Virus record (IMG/VR): IMGVR_UViG_3300046787_000675
Coordinates: 1 to 64,000 of that record
From: a virus
Reading direction: 5' to 3' (one strand)
Length of the DNA: 64,000 nt
This document shows positions 9,390-19,121 of the stretch, piece by piece (positions within the stretch are counted from its first letter, which is position 1; the number at the start of each line of letters is the position of its first letter). Below the pieces are notes generated by a model, which was given only the letters and a program-made list of their open reading frames with translations, was not told where the DNA came from and did not search any database. A program made the translations under genes and the position numbers.

Positions 9390-12092
9390 CTATACTTTTA
9401 GTCTATTTCGATGTTTTTTAGCTTGTTCGAAAATAGAAATTATATCCTCGCTACCGTTCTTCTGTAAACCGCCTACAGGAGTTACGGCTGTTTTAACCGG
9501 CGCAGGTACAGTTACAGGAGGTTTAGACTGTGCATCTAATATTTCCTGGAATGATTTATATTTGGTTTTGTGTGTTCCTGCGAGAGGTATTTTTGTATTA
9601 GTATGCGAACGGAAGAATTCCTGGCCCGGAGATTTCTTATTAGTAAGTTTTTCGTACTGGATCATTTGCCCAAGATTCTGCGGAAGTACAGCATAGTTAC
9701 CGTCGGATCCTTCCAACGCATCCATATACATAGGGGCGTATGTACCTACTTTAGATTTAAGAAACGCATCAAGGTTCTGTCTATGTGCATTCCGTTCTTG
9801 CGGTGTTTTAGCGGAATTCATTGCCTCGTATAAACTTTGTACATTCCCGCCTATCATTAACGGCTTGTTAATTATTTCAGGATTAGTCTCCAGCATATTC
9901 TGCATATGTTGTTTTGTAGCTGTTGTATAATAATTAGCAAAGCTATCGGAATCCGGACTAGGATATTTTTTCTGTTCTTGTACTAGTAAATTATATTGTT
10001 GCGGATCCAGTTTTTTAAGTTGCTGCATACGCATAGGATTAAATATCTGATTATAAAGCGCGTGTCTATCTTTTTTATACAAATTAAACAAACCTTGCGT
10101 TGCCTGTTTATTTGTATCTATAGCATCGGATTCGGCCTGCTCAATATGTTCTGGCGGTCTACTGCTTACCTGCCTTCCCCAAGGAGAGTCATAAAGTCCT
10201 TGACCTGCTTCGTCTACATATTTTTGAGATATATCGTCGAATTGTTCTTTGCTGATATTTCCTTCGAGGTAATCTGCAACATTATTAATTCCGCTTTTAA
10301 AGTCATCTTTAATATCGACTCCTGTTGTGACAATATTCTCCAGTCCTCTACCTGTAAAGGAATCTAAGGCCATGGTTCCTAATCCTGAGTCCAGCATTCT
10401 ATCCCGGGCAGCGTCCCTGTATTTCTCGTTTGTTGCAGCTAATAACCCGCGAGTTCCAGTTTCTGCTACTTGTAATACAGGTAATGCTTTTGTTGCCATA
10501 GAAGTGCCCTTTACCAACATCGACAAAGGAGACAATACCTTAGATACTACACCTGGTTTTTTAAAAGGCTCTAAAAACACATTGGATGCAGCAGCTTTGA
10601 TCGCGGACGGATTAGTTATCGCAGAGACTGCTTTTGCATAATCTGCAGGTCTACTTACTACATGTGCTAGACTGGTAATAGGCGATTTAACTGTGTTCGT
10701 TACGCCCTTTAATAAGTCAACACCTTTTATGGCGTTTATTGTAGGGGCAATATTATTAAATGTCTGTATAGGTTTCGCGATAGCTTTCGCAGTATTTATA
10801 ACAGGAGATACTATTTTAGACGCTGCCATTGCTTGACCAGGCTGTGTTGATTCATCTACTGGTAATAGAAACGAAGATACCATTCCTGCTCCTGTACCTA
10901 GGTCGACGCTTTGTTTCGGTTTAACTCCAGATTTATTGGCAAGATAAGTAAATATATCGGAAAGTTTTTTTGTTACAGCATCCGAATAGTAGGCGGAATC
11001 GCTCGCTTTTATTTTATCTCCATGTACGTAATTCATTGCTTTAGAGGCATTCTCCTGCATTCCCTGCGGTATATTATTTGCTAATGCAAAAGGCAAGCTC
11101 ACAAGATTTTCCGTCATAGTAGGTATACGTCCGGACGCATTAGGATCTATCAGAGGTGTTTGACTTATAACTGTTACAGGTTGACCGGTAACTGGGTTTA
11201 TTTGTTTTGCTAATACAGGTTTCGATAAATCGGCAACTTCATCCTGTGTCAGGATATTGGCCGGTTGTGTTCCTGCTCCCGGTGTATAATATCTGTTATC
11301 GGAGGCGAGTGTGTATAGCATTTCTCTGTAATTAGGGTTAGGGGGAAGTTTTTTAAAATAGTCTTGTGCTGCAACGCTCTGGAAGCGGGGATCTTTTTTA
11401 AGTTCTTCTACTTTCTGTTTGTTCAGTCCTATCTGTGCATTGTTATAATTTGCAACTTCCGGACTGTTATCTACTATCTCTTCTCCCTTATTAAATTTAA
11501 ATGTTTCCGGAAAGGCATGATATTCCGGGGAGTTTGCTAACTCTTTATTTAAATTTTCCGCTGTCAGATTTCCTGATGTTTTTCCTTCTGCCAGAGTTAC
11601 AGCAAAATCCTCTACTGCCTTTTCGGAATAACGCGGGTCGAGTAAAACATTTTTTATATCCTTGGGAACATTATCTAAGTTAGCAGCAGTTATAATTTTG
11701 TTCTTATTATCTAGGTTAGTTTTTTCTTGGGTAGCTCTGCTTAAAGCTTTCTCTTGCTCCGGAGTTAATTTACCCTCCTCTTTTTTCCCTTTCACAGCCG
11801 CTTGTACATTTTGTTCTGCTGTACCTTCTTTTTCCCATTCGCTATATTTCTTAAAAGCACTTTCAATATTACCGTCAAAGAAATTACTCGCGAGCCAACC
11901 GATAAGATAACCTAAAGCAGTACCGACTAACGATTGCAATCCGCTACCACCAGATGCGAGGGTTAGTCCTCCACCTAGTGTCGCGCCGATACCTCCCATA
12001 GCCATTGACCTGTTTCCCTGGTTATGTTGACCAAGTAAATGTTTATCTACGAAAGGTTCTTCTGCCTCTTTAAATATATTGTCGGTAGGCAT
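9390..12092 (-). CDS. Large (900 aa) putative ejection/head-internal protein
   Basis: NIFKEA start; glycine zipper GGIGATLGGGL..LVGTALGYLIGWLASNFFDG, paralogous to the N-terminal region of 12102-12860. Confidence 0.6.
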   Translation of the reverse strand: MPTDNIFKEAEEPFVDKHLLGQHNQGNRSMAMGGIGATLGGGLTLASGGSGLQSLVGTALGYLIGWLASNFFDGNIESAFKKYSEWEKEGTAEQNVQAAVKGKKEEGKLTPEQEKALSRATQEKTNLDNKNKIITAANLDNVPKDIKNVLLDPRYSEKAVEDFAVTLAEGKTSGNLTAENLNKELANSPEYHAFPETFKFNKGEEIVDNSPEVANYNNAQIGLNKQKVEELKKDPRFQSVAAQDYFKKLPPNPNYREMLYTLASDNRYYTPGAGTQPANILTQDEVADLSKPVLAKQINPVTGQPVTVISQTPLIDPNASGRIPTMTENLVSLPFALANNIPQGMQENASKAMNYVHGDKIKASDSAYYSDAVTKKLSDIFTYLANKSGVKPKQSVDLGTGAGMVSSFLLPVDESTQPGQAMAASKIVSPVINTAKAIAKPIQTFNNIAPTINAIKGVDLLKGVTNTVKSPITSLAHVVSRPADYAKAVSAITNPSAIKAAASNVFLEPFKKPGVVSKVLSPLSMLVKGTSMATKALPVLQVAETGTRGLLAATNEKYRDAARDRMLDSGLGTMALDSFTGRGLENIVTTGVDIKDDFKSGINNVADYLEGNISKEQFDDISQKYVDEAGQGLYDSPWGRQVSSRPPEHIEQAESDAIDTNKQATQGLFNLYKKDRHALYNQIFNPMRMQQLKKLDPQQYNLLVQEQKKYPSPDSDSFANYYTTATKQHMQNMLETNPEIINKPLMIGGNVQSLYEAMNSAKTPQERNAHRQNLDAFLKSKVGTYAPMYMDALEGSDGNYAVLPQNLGQMIQYEKLTNKKSPGQEFFRSHTNTKIPLAGTHKTKYKSFQEILDAQSKPPVTVPAPVKTAVTPVGGLQKNGSEDIISIFEQAKKHRNRLKV

Positions 12093-12101
12093 AAGTAATA
12101 A

Positions 12102-12860
12102 CTATGCATATGCTTTAGGCATAGAAACGTTATAAGGGTTCGTTGGCTGTTTGATTAATGGAGGGGTGGTATTTACAGCCGGAATTATTGCAGATGTATT
12201 ACTGACTGCAGGAGTTTGACCTTGTGTTTGACCTTGTGTTTGACCTTGTGTTTGACCTTGTGTTTGACCTTGTGTTTGACCTTGTGTTTGACCTTGAGGC
12301 TGGTTGGTAATTACTTTATCAGATTCATGTTTTACCTCTTGCTCATTAACTTTTGCTTTAGCTGCTGCTATTTTTGCTGCCTCTGCTTGTTGTTGTGCCT
12401 CCAGTGTAGCTCTACCTCTATCCTCTTGTATTTTTTGGATAGCTTTAGTTGTGTCTCCGCCGAAGTAATTAGTGGCAAGCCATCCTACTAAGGCACCGAA
12501 ACCACTACCTAATAGCGCGCTTGTAGCATTTCCGCCCATCATATACCCTAAACCTGCGCCGGCAGTAGCGCCTAATCCGGCACCGGCTATTTGTTGGTTT
12601 CTAGCTGCGTTGGGTCCTTGTGTGAAATTGTTGGCAAAGGAATAAGCTTTATCTCCTGCCAGGATTTTCTCTGCAGCGCCCGACCCATTAGCTTTATTAT
12701 ATGCTGCAATCATTTCCTGTAAAGGAACAGCTTCGTTTGCCTGCTTATGCATATATCCTTTTAGGAAAGCGTCTCTGTTAATAGATTTTTTATCCGTTTC
12801 GGATTTGTTTGATTTAAGCATGTAACCTTGCATGAAGGCTTCTTTAATGACAGTGTTCAT
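12102..12860 (-). CDS. Putative virion glycine-zipper protein with two copies of the N-terminal signal and a QGQT repeat
   Basis: AFMQGYMLK and AFLKGYMHKQA; GAGLGATAGAGLGYMMGG; LLGSGFGALVGWLATNYFGG. Confidence 0.65.
   Translation of the reverse strand: MNTVIKEAFMQGYMLKSNKSETDKKSINRDAFLKGYMHKQANEAVPLQEMIAAYNKANGSGAAEKILAGDKAYSFANNFTQGPNAARNQQIAGAGLGATAGAGLGYMMGGNATSALLGSGFGALVGWLATNYFGGDTTKAIQKIQEDRGRATLEAQQQAEAAKIAAAKAKVNEQEVKHESDKVITNQPQGQTQGQTQGQTQGQTQGQTQGQTQGQTPAVSNTSAIIPAVNTTPPLIKQPTNPYNVSMPKAYA
12213..12297 (-). repeat. 12-bp tandem repeat x7 encoding (QGQT)7
   Basis: GTTTGACCTTGT unit read directly. Confidence 0.95.
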
Positions 12861-12935
12861 ATTTTCTATTTCCTCTTATTTAACATTTCTTTTACTATAC
12901 AAATATCTAGCTAAATTACGAACGCGTATTCGTTT

Positions 12936-14771
12936 TTATTGTACAGGCATTTGTCCTTGACGCATAGCAAGTTTACCTTGCATCGAAGCATTTTGCTCGT
13001 AATCGGCAATAATGGATTTGACCTGCGCATGTAATGTTACATTACTGTGTTTAAGGTTAATTAATGCTTCTCTTCTTTGCGGCGGAGGCATCGCAATAAT
13101 TTCCTGTGCACGTTTATCCGCTTCCATCATTAAGCTTTCAAGAGAAACATCTCCTCCTTCTGCTGATCCTGTAGGCATCGGCGGCGGAGACATAGGCGCT
13201 CCTCCCGGTGCCGGCGCAGCTGCTGCCTGTTCCTCTTGCGATAAGATCATTGCACTCGCAGGCGGTTGTTGCAGGAATTGTTTATTAGCAGATTTTGTAT
13301 CTTGTTCCTTAGCACGTTTCTCGAGGAACTCGTTCATATCATCTTCTTCTTCTGCTATTTTTTCTCTTTCTGCTTTAACATCGATACCTATACCGCGATA
13401 AGCTGTTTCTCTTGATATCTCATTTGAAGCGGCTAAAGATAGTTTAATTTCGCGTATAGCAGGATCAGCATAAAGAGACGGAGGTACAAGTTCTACTTCT
13501 ACGCTTTCCCAGTTAAGTATCTCGCCGTGCCGTTTAGCTACCCAGGTCAAAAACTCGTTAAAGGATGTCGTTAGGTGTTTCCAGGACTGCTCAAACATTT
13601 TAAACGATAAAATAGGTCCTGCAGCAGATTGTACTGTACCTTTATAAAACTCCGGAGGTACTGCCATGGAATAAAGTAGGCGCTGTTCATGGAATTCTTG
13701 GATATCTACAGGAACAATGTTTTTAGCCTCTCCCCCCAATACTTGGTATTCTAGAGGAACAGGTAACCAGTTCCAATCTGTAGGGTTCTGTCTATGCCGT
13801 TCGATTAATTCCATTATATGTTGTCCGAACTCCGCCATATCCATGACAAGCATGGCATCGACGCGACTTCCTGCAGCGGATTGCGGCGGGGCTAATACCC
13901 GGAAAGGGATAAGGTAATCTGCAAGTATACCTTCAGTATATTTATCTAGTAACGCGACAAGCATAGCTGTCTCGAACTCTGCCATAAACTTAGGTAAACC
14001 CCAGCCTTTCAATACCGGTGTCAGGGACGTTACAGGTATATCCTTCAAATGCAGTACTTGTCCTGGTGCAAACTTAAACATCTTATTTTCCAGAACAGCT
14101 TCTACTATTTCCCAGGGAGTCTGCTCAAGGAACAACAAATGTCCTTGTATAATCCCGTCGCGTAGATGATCGTATCTGCCTACATCCAGAAAGTATTCTG
14201 CTTCCCGGGACATAGGATGCTCAATGAGCTCCATGTACTGAGGCGGCCAGTAAGTTATAGACGGTTTAATAGAAGAACGCGGGAGAGGTTTATCTTCACG
14301 TATATAATTAACGGTTAAATGGCATTTAGGACATTTACCGGTAAATTTTTTATTCATCCATTTAAAGTAAGGTTCCATTTTACGGATAGGAGCACGGAAA
14401 TAACATTTAGGGCAAATTAACTGACGCGAGAACGGAACATGTATAGAGGTAAAAACATTTCCGTAGGCGATAAGATTATCCCCTACTGTCTCGAGTTCGC
14501 TATGTAGCTTATATGTCTTATACAGTGCTTTCTTATATTTATCCCGGGTACTGGAATTTAAATCGTCTCCGGTTATCTGTGCCTCTGTTATAAAGTAGCG
14601 AACTGCTTTCTTTATAGCCTGCGAGTAGATACCATGGTGCATCCATAGTTCTTCTGCCCAATCCAGTGCCTGCTTTACTGTTTTAGGGTATAGCCTGCGC
14701 GACAAGCTTTCGAAAGGAGAACTAACACCTTTATCCCAGCTGGAAAGGGTAGAAGAATTTGAAGATGACAT
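12936..14771 (-). CDS. Probable portal protein with a Zn-ribbon insertion
   Basis: 611 aa. Portal-like features: N-terminal 'IYSQAIKK', 'NLIAYGNVF', 'VLHLK..GWGLP', 'LLYSMAVPPEF', 'ISRETAYRGIGID..E', Pro/Gly/Gln-rich tail. CPKC..CPKC insert. Lies near the terminase. Confidence 0.7.
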   Translation of the reverse strand: MSSSNSSTLSSWDKGVSSPFESLSRRLYPKTVKQALDWAEELWMHHGIYSQAIKKAVRYFITEAQITGDDLNSSTRDKYKKALYKTYKLHSELETVGDNLIAYGNVFTSIHVPFSRQLICPKCYFRAPIRKMEPYFKWMNKKFTGKCPKCHLTVNYIREDKPLPRSSIKPSITYWPPQYMELIEHPMSREAEYFLDVGRYDHLRDGIIQGHLLFLEQTPWEIVEAVLENKMFKFAPGQVLHLKDIPVTSLTPVLKGWGLPKFMAEFETAMLVALLDKYTEGILADYLIPFRVLAPPQSAAGSRVDAMLVMDMAEFGQHIMELIERHRQNPTDWNWLPVPLEYQVLGGEAKNIVPVDIQEFHEQRLLYSMAVPPEFYKGTVQSAAGPILSFKMFEQSWKHLTTSFNEFLTWVAKRHGEILNWESVEVELVPPSLYADPAIREIKLSLAASNEISRETAYRGIGIDVKAEREKIAEEEDDMNEFLEKRAKEQDTKSANKQFLQQPPASAMILSQEEQAAAAPAPGGAPMSPPPMPTGSAEGGDVSLESLMMEADKRAQEIIAMPPPQRREALINLKHSNVTLHAQVKSIIADYEQNASMQGKLAMRQGQMPVQ

Positions 14772-14774
14772 CGG

Positions 14775-15605
14775 TTATTCCTTATGTTTAAAATATACTT
14801 GCATAGATAAATTATCTGTCTCTAAATCTATATCCATGCCCAGGTAATACACCTTAGTTTTTTTACCTTGATATTCCAATTCTATTGGAGCACTACCAGG
14901 GGCATTGGATGCAGGTTCGAACATAGCATCTTTTTTACTATATATAACAATAACAGATGTTTCACTATCTGCAATATGTACACATCTTCCTTTGAATTTC
15001 CCAAACGGTGTTTTTATAACAATACTGTGTCTTGTTTTGTTATATATACTCAGAGTCGATACAGGACGAGCAGCCTGTACTACAGGGGCACGTGTTTCCG
15101 GTATAGGTTTACCTTTAATAATGTTTTCGAGAAGTTCTTCATTATCTTTAATAACTTGACCTAGATCCTCTTCGACTACCTCCTCCTCTTCTTCCGTAGA
15201 TTCTGCAGGGTCAGCTACCTGCTGAATAACGCTCTCTTTTTTACGGACTGCTGCAACAGGTGCTGCTTTCTCTACAGTTTCGTCCTCATCGTTATACTCT
15301 TCTTCCTCTGTCGGGAGGGAACTTGAATCTACTTTATTGTCTATCCCTGCTACAGATTTACGATTAGGTACCATATGTTTCAGTCTCCCTCTATCGCGTG
15401 TTCCTTTATAAGTCTTACCTATAATTATTTTACCGTAAGGATTATCGCTACCGTCTATTCCTCCGAACATAGTTTGTCGCGGTATTATTGTTGTACCGCA
15501 GTCTACGGAACCTTCTACTTCATCAGTAACTGTATACGGTTCCGTATCCAGAATTACTTTGATACCTGTAGAATGGACTTTTTTCTTTGTTTTCTTTGTT
15601 ATCAT
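14775..15605 (-). CDS. Hypothetical protein (acidic linker, C-terminal beta domain), directly upstream of portal
   Basis: 276 aa ORF. Confidence 0.7.
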   Translation of the reverse strand: MITKKTKKKVHSTGIKVILDTEPYTVTDEVEGSVDCGTTIIPRQTMFGGIDGSDNPYGKIIIGKTYKGTRDRGRLKHMVPNRKSVAGIDNKVDSSSLPTEEEEYNDEDETVEKAAPVAAVRKKESVIQQVADPAESTEEEEEVVEEDLGQVIKDNEELLENIIKGKPIPETRAPVVQAARPVSTLSIYNKTRHSIVIKTPFGKFKGRCVHIADSETSVIVIYSKKDAMFEPASNAPGSAPIELEYQGKKTKVYYLGMDIDLETDNLSMQVYFKHKE

Positions 15606-15628
15606 CTTTTTACTCTCGGCTGTTTTGT

Positions 15629-16855
15629 TTATAGTAACGACGGTTTAAGACTCACCTCGGTATTAGTCTCGAAATATATTCCTTTCCACACACCTCCTAG
15701 ATATTGTAATCTACACGACGGTTTGTTTTTTGATGCACCTAAAAACAAGTAAACCACTTTATCTTGGTGCTCTACCCACCATACTAATTCTGTTGCGGTA
15801 GGGTTTTCGGTTATAGCTCCGCCTGGCGCAAGGAGAATAGGTCTGTGTTTTCTTATTCCTTTAATAAATAGATATCTTTTACCTGCGATAGATTTTAAAA
15901 CATCGCGCATTTCAGATATATGTGGATGTACGGCAGTGGCTCTTGCAGGTTTTTTATTATAGACAGCTGCTCCTGTCCAAAGCTCGCGAAGTTTATCCAA
16001 AAACGAAAGACACTCGGTATGGTAAAGGAAACCAGGTATATGCAGGTTATCTTCAAATAACTGCCATTTAGCTAGGTTCCTGTGTTGGAATATACGTACT
16101 CCTTGCATATTGTGCTGACACATTGTTTTAGGAAGTCTATCGATTCCTCTCGAAGGCATTGCATATTCTTTTTTTAGCATTCTCCATGCCATGTGAAATG
16201 TATCTTTATCGCCATGTATGTGCTTATAATAGAAATCAGAATACTCGTTTAAATGCATTGTAAGATTTAATTCTTTCCAGCATGTTTGTTTATCTACAAT
16301 AATCTGTCCAGTCTCAAACTCCGGTTCGTCTCTATAAGCTACTTCACATATTTCCCAAATCTTTCGCGTAGGTTGTAAACGACCGAAATCCGGCCAGAAG
16401 ATAGATCCTTTGGCAAGGTAGTCCGGATCGTAGAGAAGATATTCCGGATTAGCTACTGGAACATTATCTGCATCTAGGAATATAATTTCGCGAAATTTAC
16501 TATGTATAATACTGTAGGGTTTGAGTTCCCATCCACCTAATACCCTTGCCGGATTTTTTGCTCTTACCTTATAGGCATCAACTACAGTAACACCTAAAGG
16601 CGAGATTATATCTTTCATTTGTTGAGACATCTCTTTATCGCCTAGATACCATAACTCTATCTCTAAATAACAACCTAATTTTCTAAGCATGTTAATACAT
16701 ACCCAGGCACATGTAAAATACTTAAATCCCCCGCCGCATATTACAATGCCTTTCCCGAAGAACTTGTCGTCTCCCGGATATTCCGGTATATCTTTTATAT
16801 ACTGCTTATACAGTTTTTTATGTTGCTCTATAACTTCAGGGCTGTTTACATCCAT
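15629..16855 (-). CDS. GT71 / Mnn2-like alpha-mannosyltransferase family glycosyltransferase
   Basis: GIVICGG, IELWY, LKPYSIIHSKF.EIIFLDADN, SIFWPDF, EFETGQIIVDK, HGDKDTFHMAW. Confidence 0.85.
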   Translation of the reverse strand: MDVNSPEVIEQHKKLYKQYIKDIPEYPGDDKFFGKGIVICGGGFKYFTCAWVCINMLRKLGCYLEIELWYLGDKEMSQQMKDIISPLGVTVVDAYKVRAKNPARVLGGWELKPYSIIHSKFREIIFLDADNVPVANPEYLLYDPDYLAKGSIFWPDFGRLQPTRKIWEICEVAYRDEPEFETGQIIVDKQTCWKELNLTMHLNEYSDFYYKHIHGDKDTFHMAWRMLKKEYAMPSRGIDRLPKTMCQHNMQGVRIFQHRNLAKWQLFEDNLHIPGFLYHTECLSFLDKLRELWTGAAVYNKKPARATAVHPHISEMRDVLKSIAGKRYLFIKGIRKHRPILLAPGGAITENPTATELVWWVEHQDKVVYLFLGASKNKPSCRLQYLGGVWKGIYFETNTEVSLKPSLL

Positions 16856-16856
16856 A

Positions 16857-17234
16857 TTACTTCTCTGTTCTTTTTTTAAATAGTGATTTTACTTTATTAA
16901 CAATTTTATTAAATGTATCTCTATGTTTAGATTTATGCATACATCTAGCCTTTAACAATGCGGCTTCGCAGCGTTCCTGAAAAGAGGACATGTCTTTTTT
17001 TACCTGCTCTACACTACATACAAGATCTGCTTCTGTATTCGAATAGAATTCTGCTTCTGTTTTTTTAACCCATCGCTCCGGTATACCTGTGTATAATTTA
17101 CCGTTAGACATCCTTAACGTATAGTATATGAATGTGGTTCCTAAACATTCATCTGTGTTTATATCTTCTACTACCGCCGGTTTTTGTGCGAAATAAACCT
17201 TTTCGCCTTGTTTATATTTACTATTGTGTTTCAT
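16857..17234 (-). CDS. Hypothetical protein (likely start at MKHNSK), SH3-like N-terminus
   Basis: AGAGGA RBS before ATG at 17234; the longer ORF overlaps the upstream gene. Confidence 0.55.
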   Translation of the reverse strand: MKHNSKYKQGEKVYFAQKPAVVEDINTDECLGTTFIYYTLRMSNGKLYTGIPERWVKKTEAEFYSNTEADLVCSVEQVKKDMSSFQERCEAALLKARCMHKSKHRDTFNKIVNKVKSLFKKRTEK

Positions 17235-17248
17235 AATATGTCCTCTTC

Positions 17249-18472
17249 TTATATAAAGGGATTTATATTTGTATGATATTGTTTCATTAAATCTATTACA
17301 TGTTTCGCAGAAATCATATCCATACACTTAGCTATTTTTTGTCCTGAAGCCGTAATTACTGGACTTACACATAGACTGCTGTTCTTTTTATCGTCTTTGT
17401 CGTTTAAAGGCTCTATACGGGATTTCCAACAACCGCCGGCACCGCTACAAGGAAGTACAGCACAGTTATGTAGATAGCTGTGGGTGCTATAAGCTTCCCA
17501 TTGCGCCGGCTCTCTGGCACCGGCAATAACTATCGTAGGGCGGTTAGGTACTTTATATCGCGTATGCATCGGTATTGCTGCAGACAAATGCATAGGGAAA
17601 CTAACCGGAGTAATACATCCGTAGGCATTATACATTAACCTGCAGAACTGACGTATGGATGTTTTTCCTACTTCGTTTATGACATTGTCTCCTTTTAAAG
17701 GGGGATGGTAATGGTTAATACCGACAGCTCCTACCTGTACAAATAACATCTCCGGGAAAGAATCGACAATATCCTGAAATCTCTGCACTTCCCAGAGTTT
17801 TAAAGTGTAGTCATTCTTTCTACCGGCATCTATTACCCAGTAAGGTTTCTCTTCGTTATATATTTCCCAAATTCTACTTGGCCAGGATTTCTCCTGTTCG
17901 CTTAAATAGACTTCCGGATATCCTTTAGATAAAGGTAAAGTCAAACCGGTTACCTCTTCAAAATTTTTATGGAAGGCACCTATAAAGTGACCGATTGCAC
18001 TATTAGACCGGTTTATCTGTGTCGTGTAATTAGCTGACCATATAAATACTTCCGGGTCATCTATATCCAGAGGAGTAATGTACGGGCTGTTTTCGAATAG
18101 TTCAGCACATCGGCCGTGTAATCCTCCGTTAGGTAAGTTAACGTCCGTTATAAACATATGAGGGTATGTCTTATGTATATCGCGAATAGTTGCTGTTAAC
18201 ATCAGTATATCCCCTGGAGCTTGGTGCTGGTGGATCATAAGTTTAAGTGGTTTATCAACCGTTATATTATATTCTTCCAGTACGTTCTTTGAACCTTTAG
18301 GTCTGTTGCTAAGTACAAGCCTGTTTGTTTTCCCGGAAATACTTTTATCTGACCGAACCATATAAGAACCCTTTAAGGTTTCGCTCTTGGATGGAGATAT
18401 AATAGACGGAACATTAAATGACCGCTTATTAATATTAACCATACGACTAGATAACACATCTATTCCGCGCAT
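17249..18472 (-). CDS. GT9-like (heptosyltransferase-fold) glycosyltransferase
   Basis: APGDILMLTATIRDIH, ELFENSPYI, NEVGKTSIRQF..YNAYGCITPVSFPMHLSAA, C-terminal Cys cluster. Confidence 0.8.
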   Translation of the reverse strand: MRGIDVLSSRMVNINKRSFNVPSIISPSKSETLKGSYMVRSDKSISGKTNRLVLSNRPKGSKNVLEEYNITVDKPLKLMIHQHQAPGDILMLTATIRDIHKTYPHMFITDVNLPNGGLHGRCAELFENSPYITPLDIDDPEVFIWSANYTTQINRSNSAIGHFIGAFHKNFEEVTGLTLPLSKGYPEVYLSEQEKSWPSRIWEIYNEEKPYWVIDAGRKNDYTLKLWEVQRFQDIVDSFPEMLFVQVGAVGINHYHPPLKGDNVINEVGKTSIRQFCRLMYNAYGCITPVSFPMHLSAAIPMHTRYKVPNRPTIVIAGAREPAQWEAYSTHSYLHNCAVLPCSGAGGCWKSRIEPLNDKDDKKNSSLCVSPVITASGQKIAKCMDMISAKHVIDLMKQYHTNINPFI

Positions 18473-18477
18473 ATAAC

Positions 18478-19119
18478 TTATTTACCTTTAAGTTGTCTCT
18501 CTTGTTCGTCGCATATAATTTTCGAAAAAGGAAGTGTGCTTCTCTTGAGGTATTCGTAGGAGCTGCCTTCCGGTATATAACCTGCTTCCTTTAATTCTGC
18601 TATAACTGTTCTGCGGGTATCATCTTTTAACGAACCGAGAATATTATTTGTATGGAGCAATTCTACTGCTTCTAGACCTAGACCGCGACTGATACCCAGA
18701 CCCATACAATTAGTTGTGTAGATATACACAAAGCAAGCTTGTATGAAAGCAGCGGTGTAATAAGCATATATTTCGCGGGCACGCGGTGTATCTAGATAAG
18801 TATACAAATCTGTAAACCCTGCCATTGCCTGCTTTCTATCTTGGATAGCAGCTTCGCGATATGCCAGGAAGAACTTACTAATGTAGTCAAGTATCTGCAT
18901 ATCTTTTTCCTGCCTCGTTTCAACAGGTATAACTTCTGTGTAGTATTGCTGTGTACGAAGACATGCTTCGTTTAATACCAGAGGGCTAAAATGTGAGAAG
19001 TTCATTTCCCACATTGTAAAAGGATCATTACTTCCTTTAGCTCTTACTGCTTGTCCTCCGCCTCGCAAAGACATTTTCTCGAGTACATTTTCCATCGGTG
19101 TTTTCATCGGCATTTGCAT
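18478..19119 (-). CDS. Hypothetical protein
   Basis: 213 aa ORF tightly packed in operon. Confidence 0.7.
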   Translation of the reverse strand: MQMPMKTPMENVLEKMSLRGGGQAVRAKGSNDPFTMWEMNFSHFSPLVLNEACLRTQQYYTEVIPVETRQEKDMQILDYISKFFLAYREAAIQDRKQAMAGFTDLYTYLDTPRAREIYAYYTAAFIQACFVYIYTTNCMGLGISRGLGLEAVELLHTNNILGSLKDDTRRTVIAELKEAGYIPEGSSYEYLKRSTLPFSKIICDEQERQLKGK

Positions 19120-19121
19120 TT

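Noticed and set aside
12216-12491. (TLCL)n ORF on plus strand
   Set aside because: Antisense reading of the QGQT repeat.
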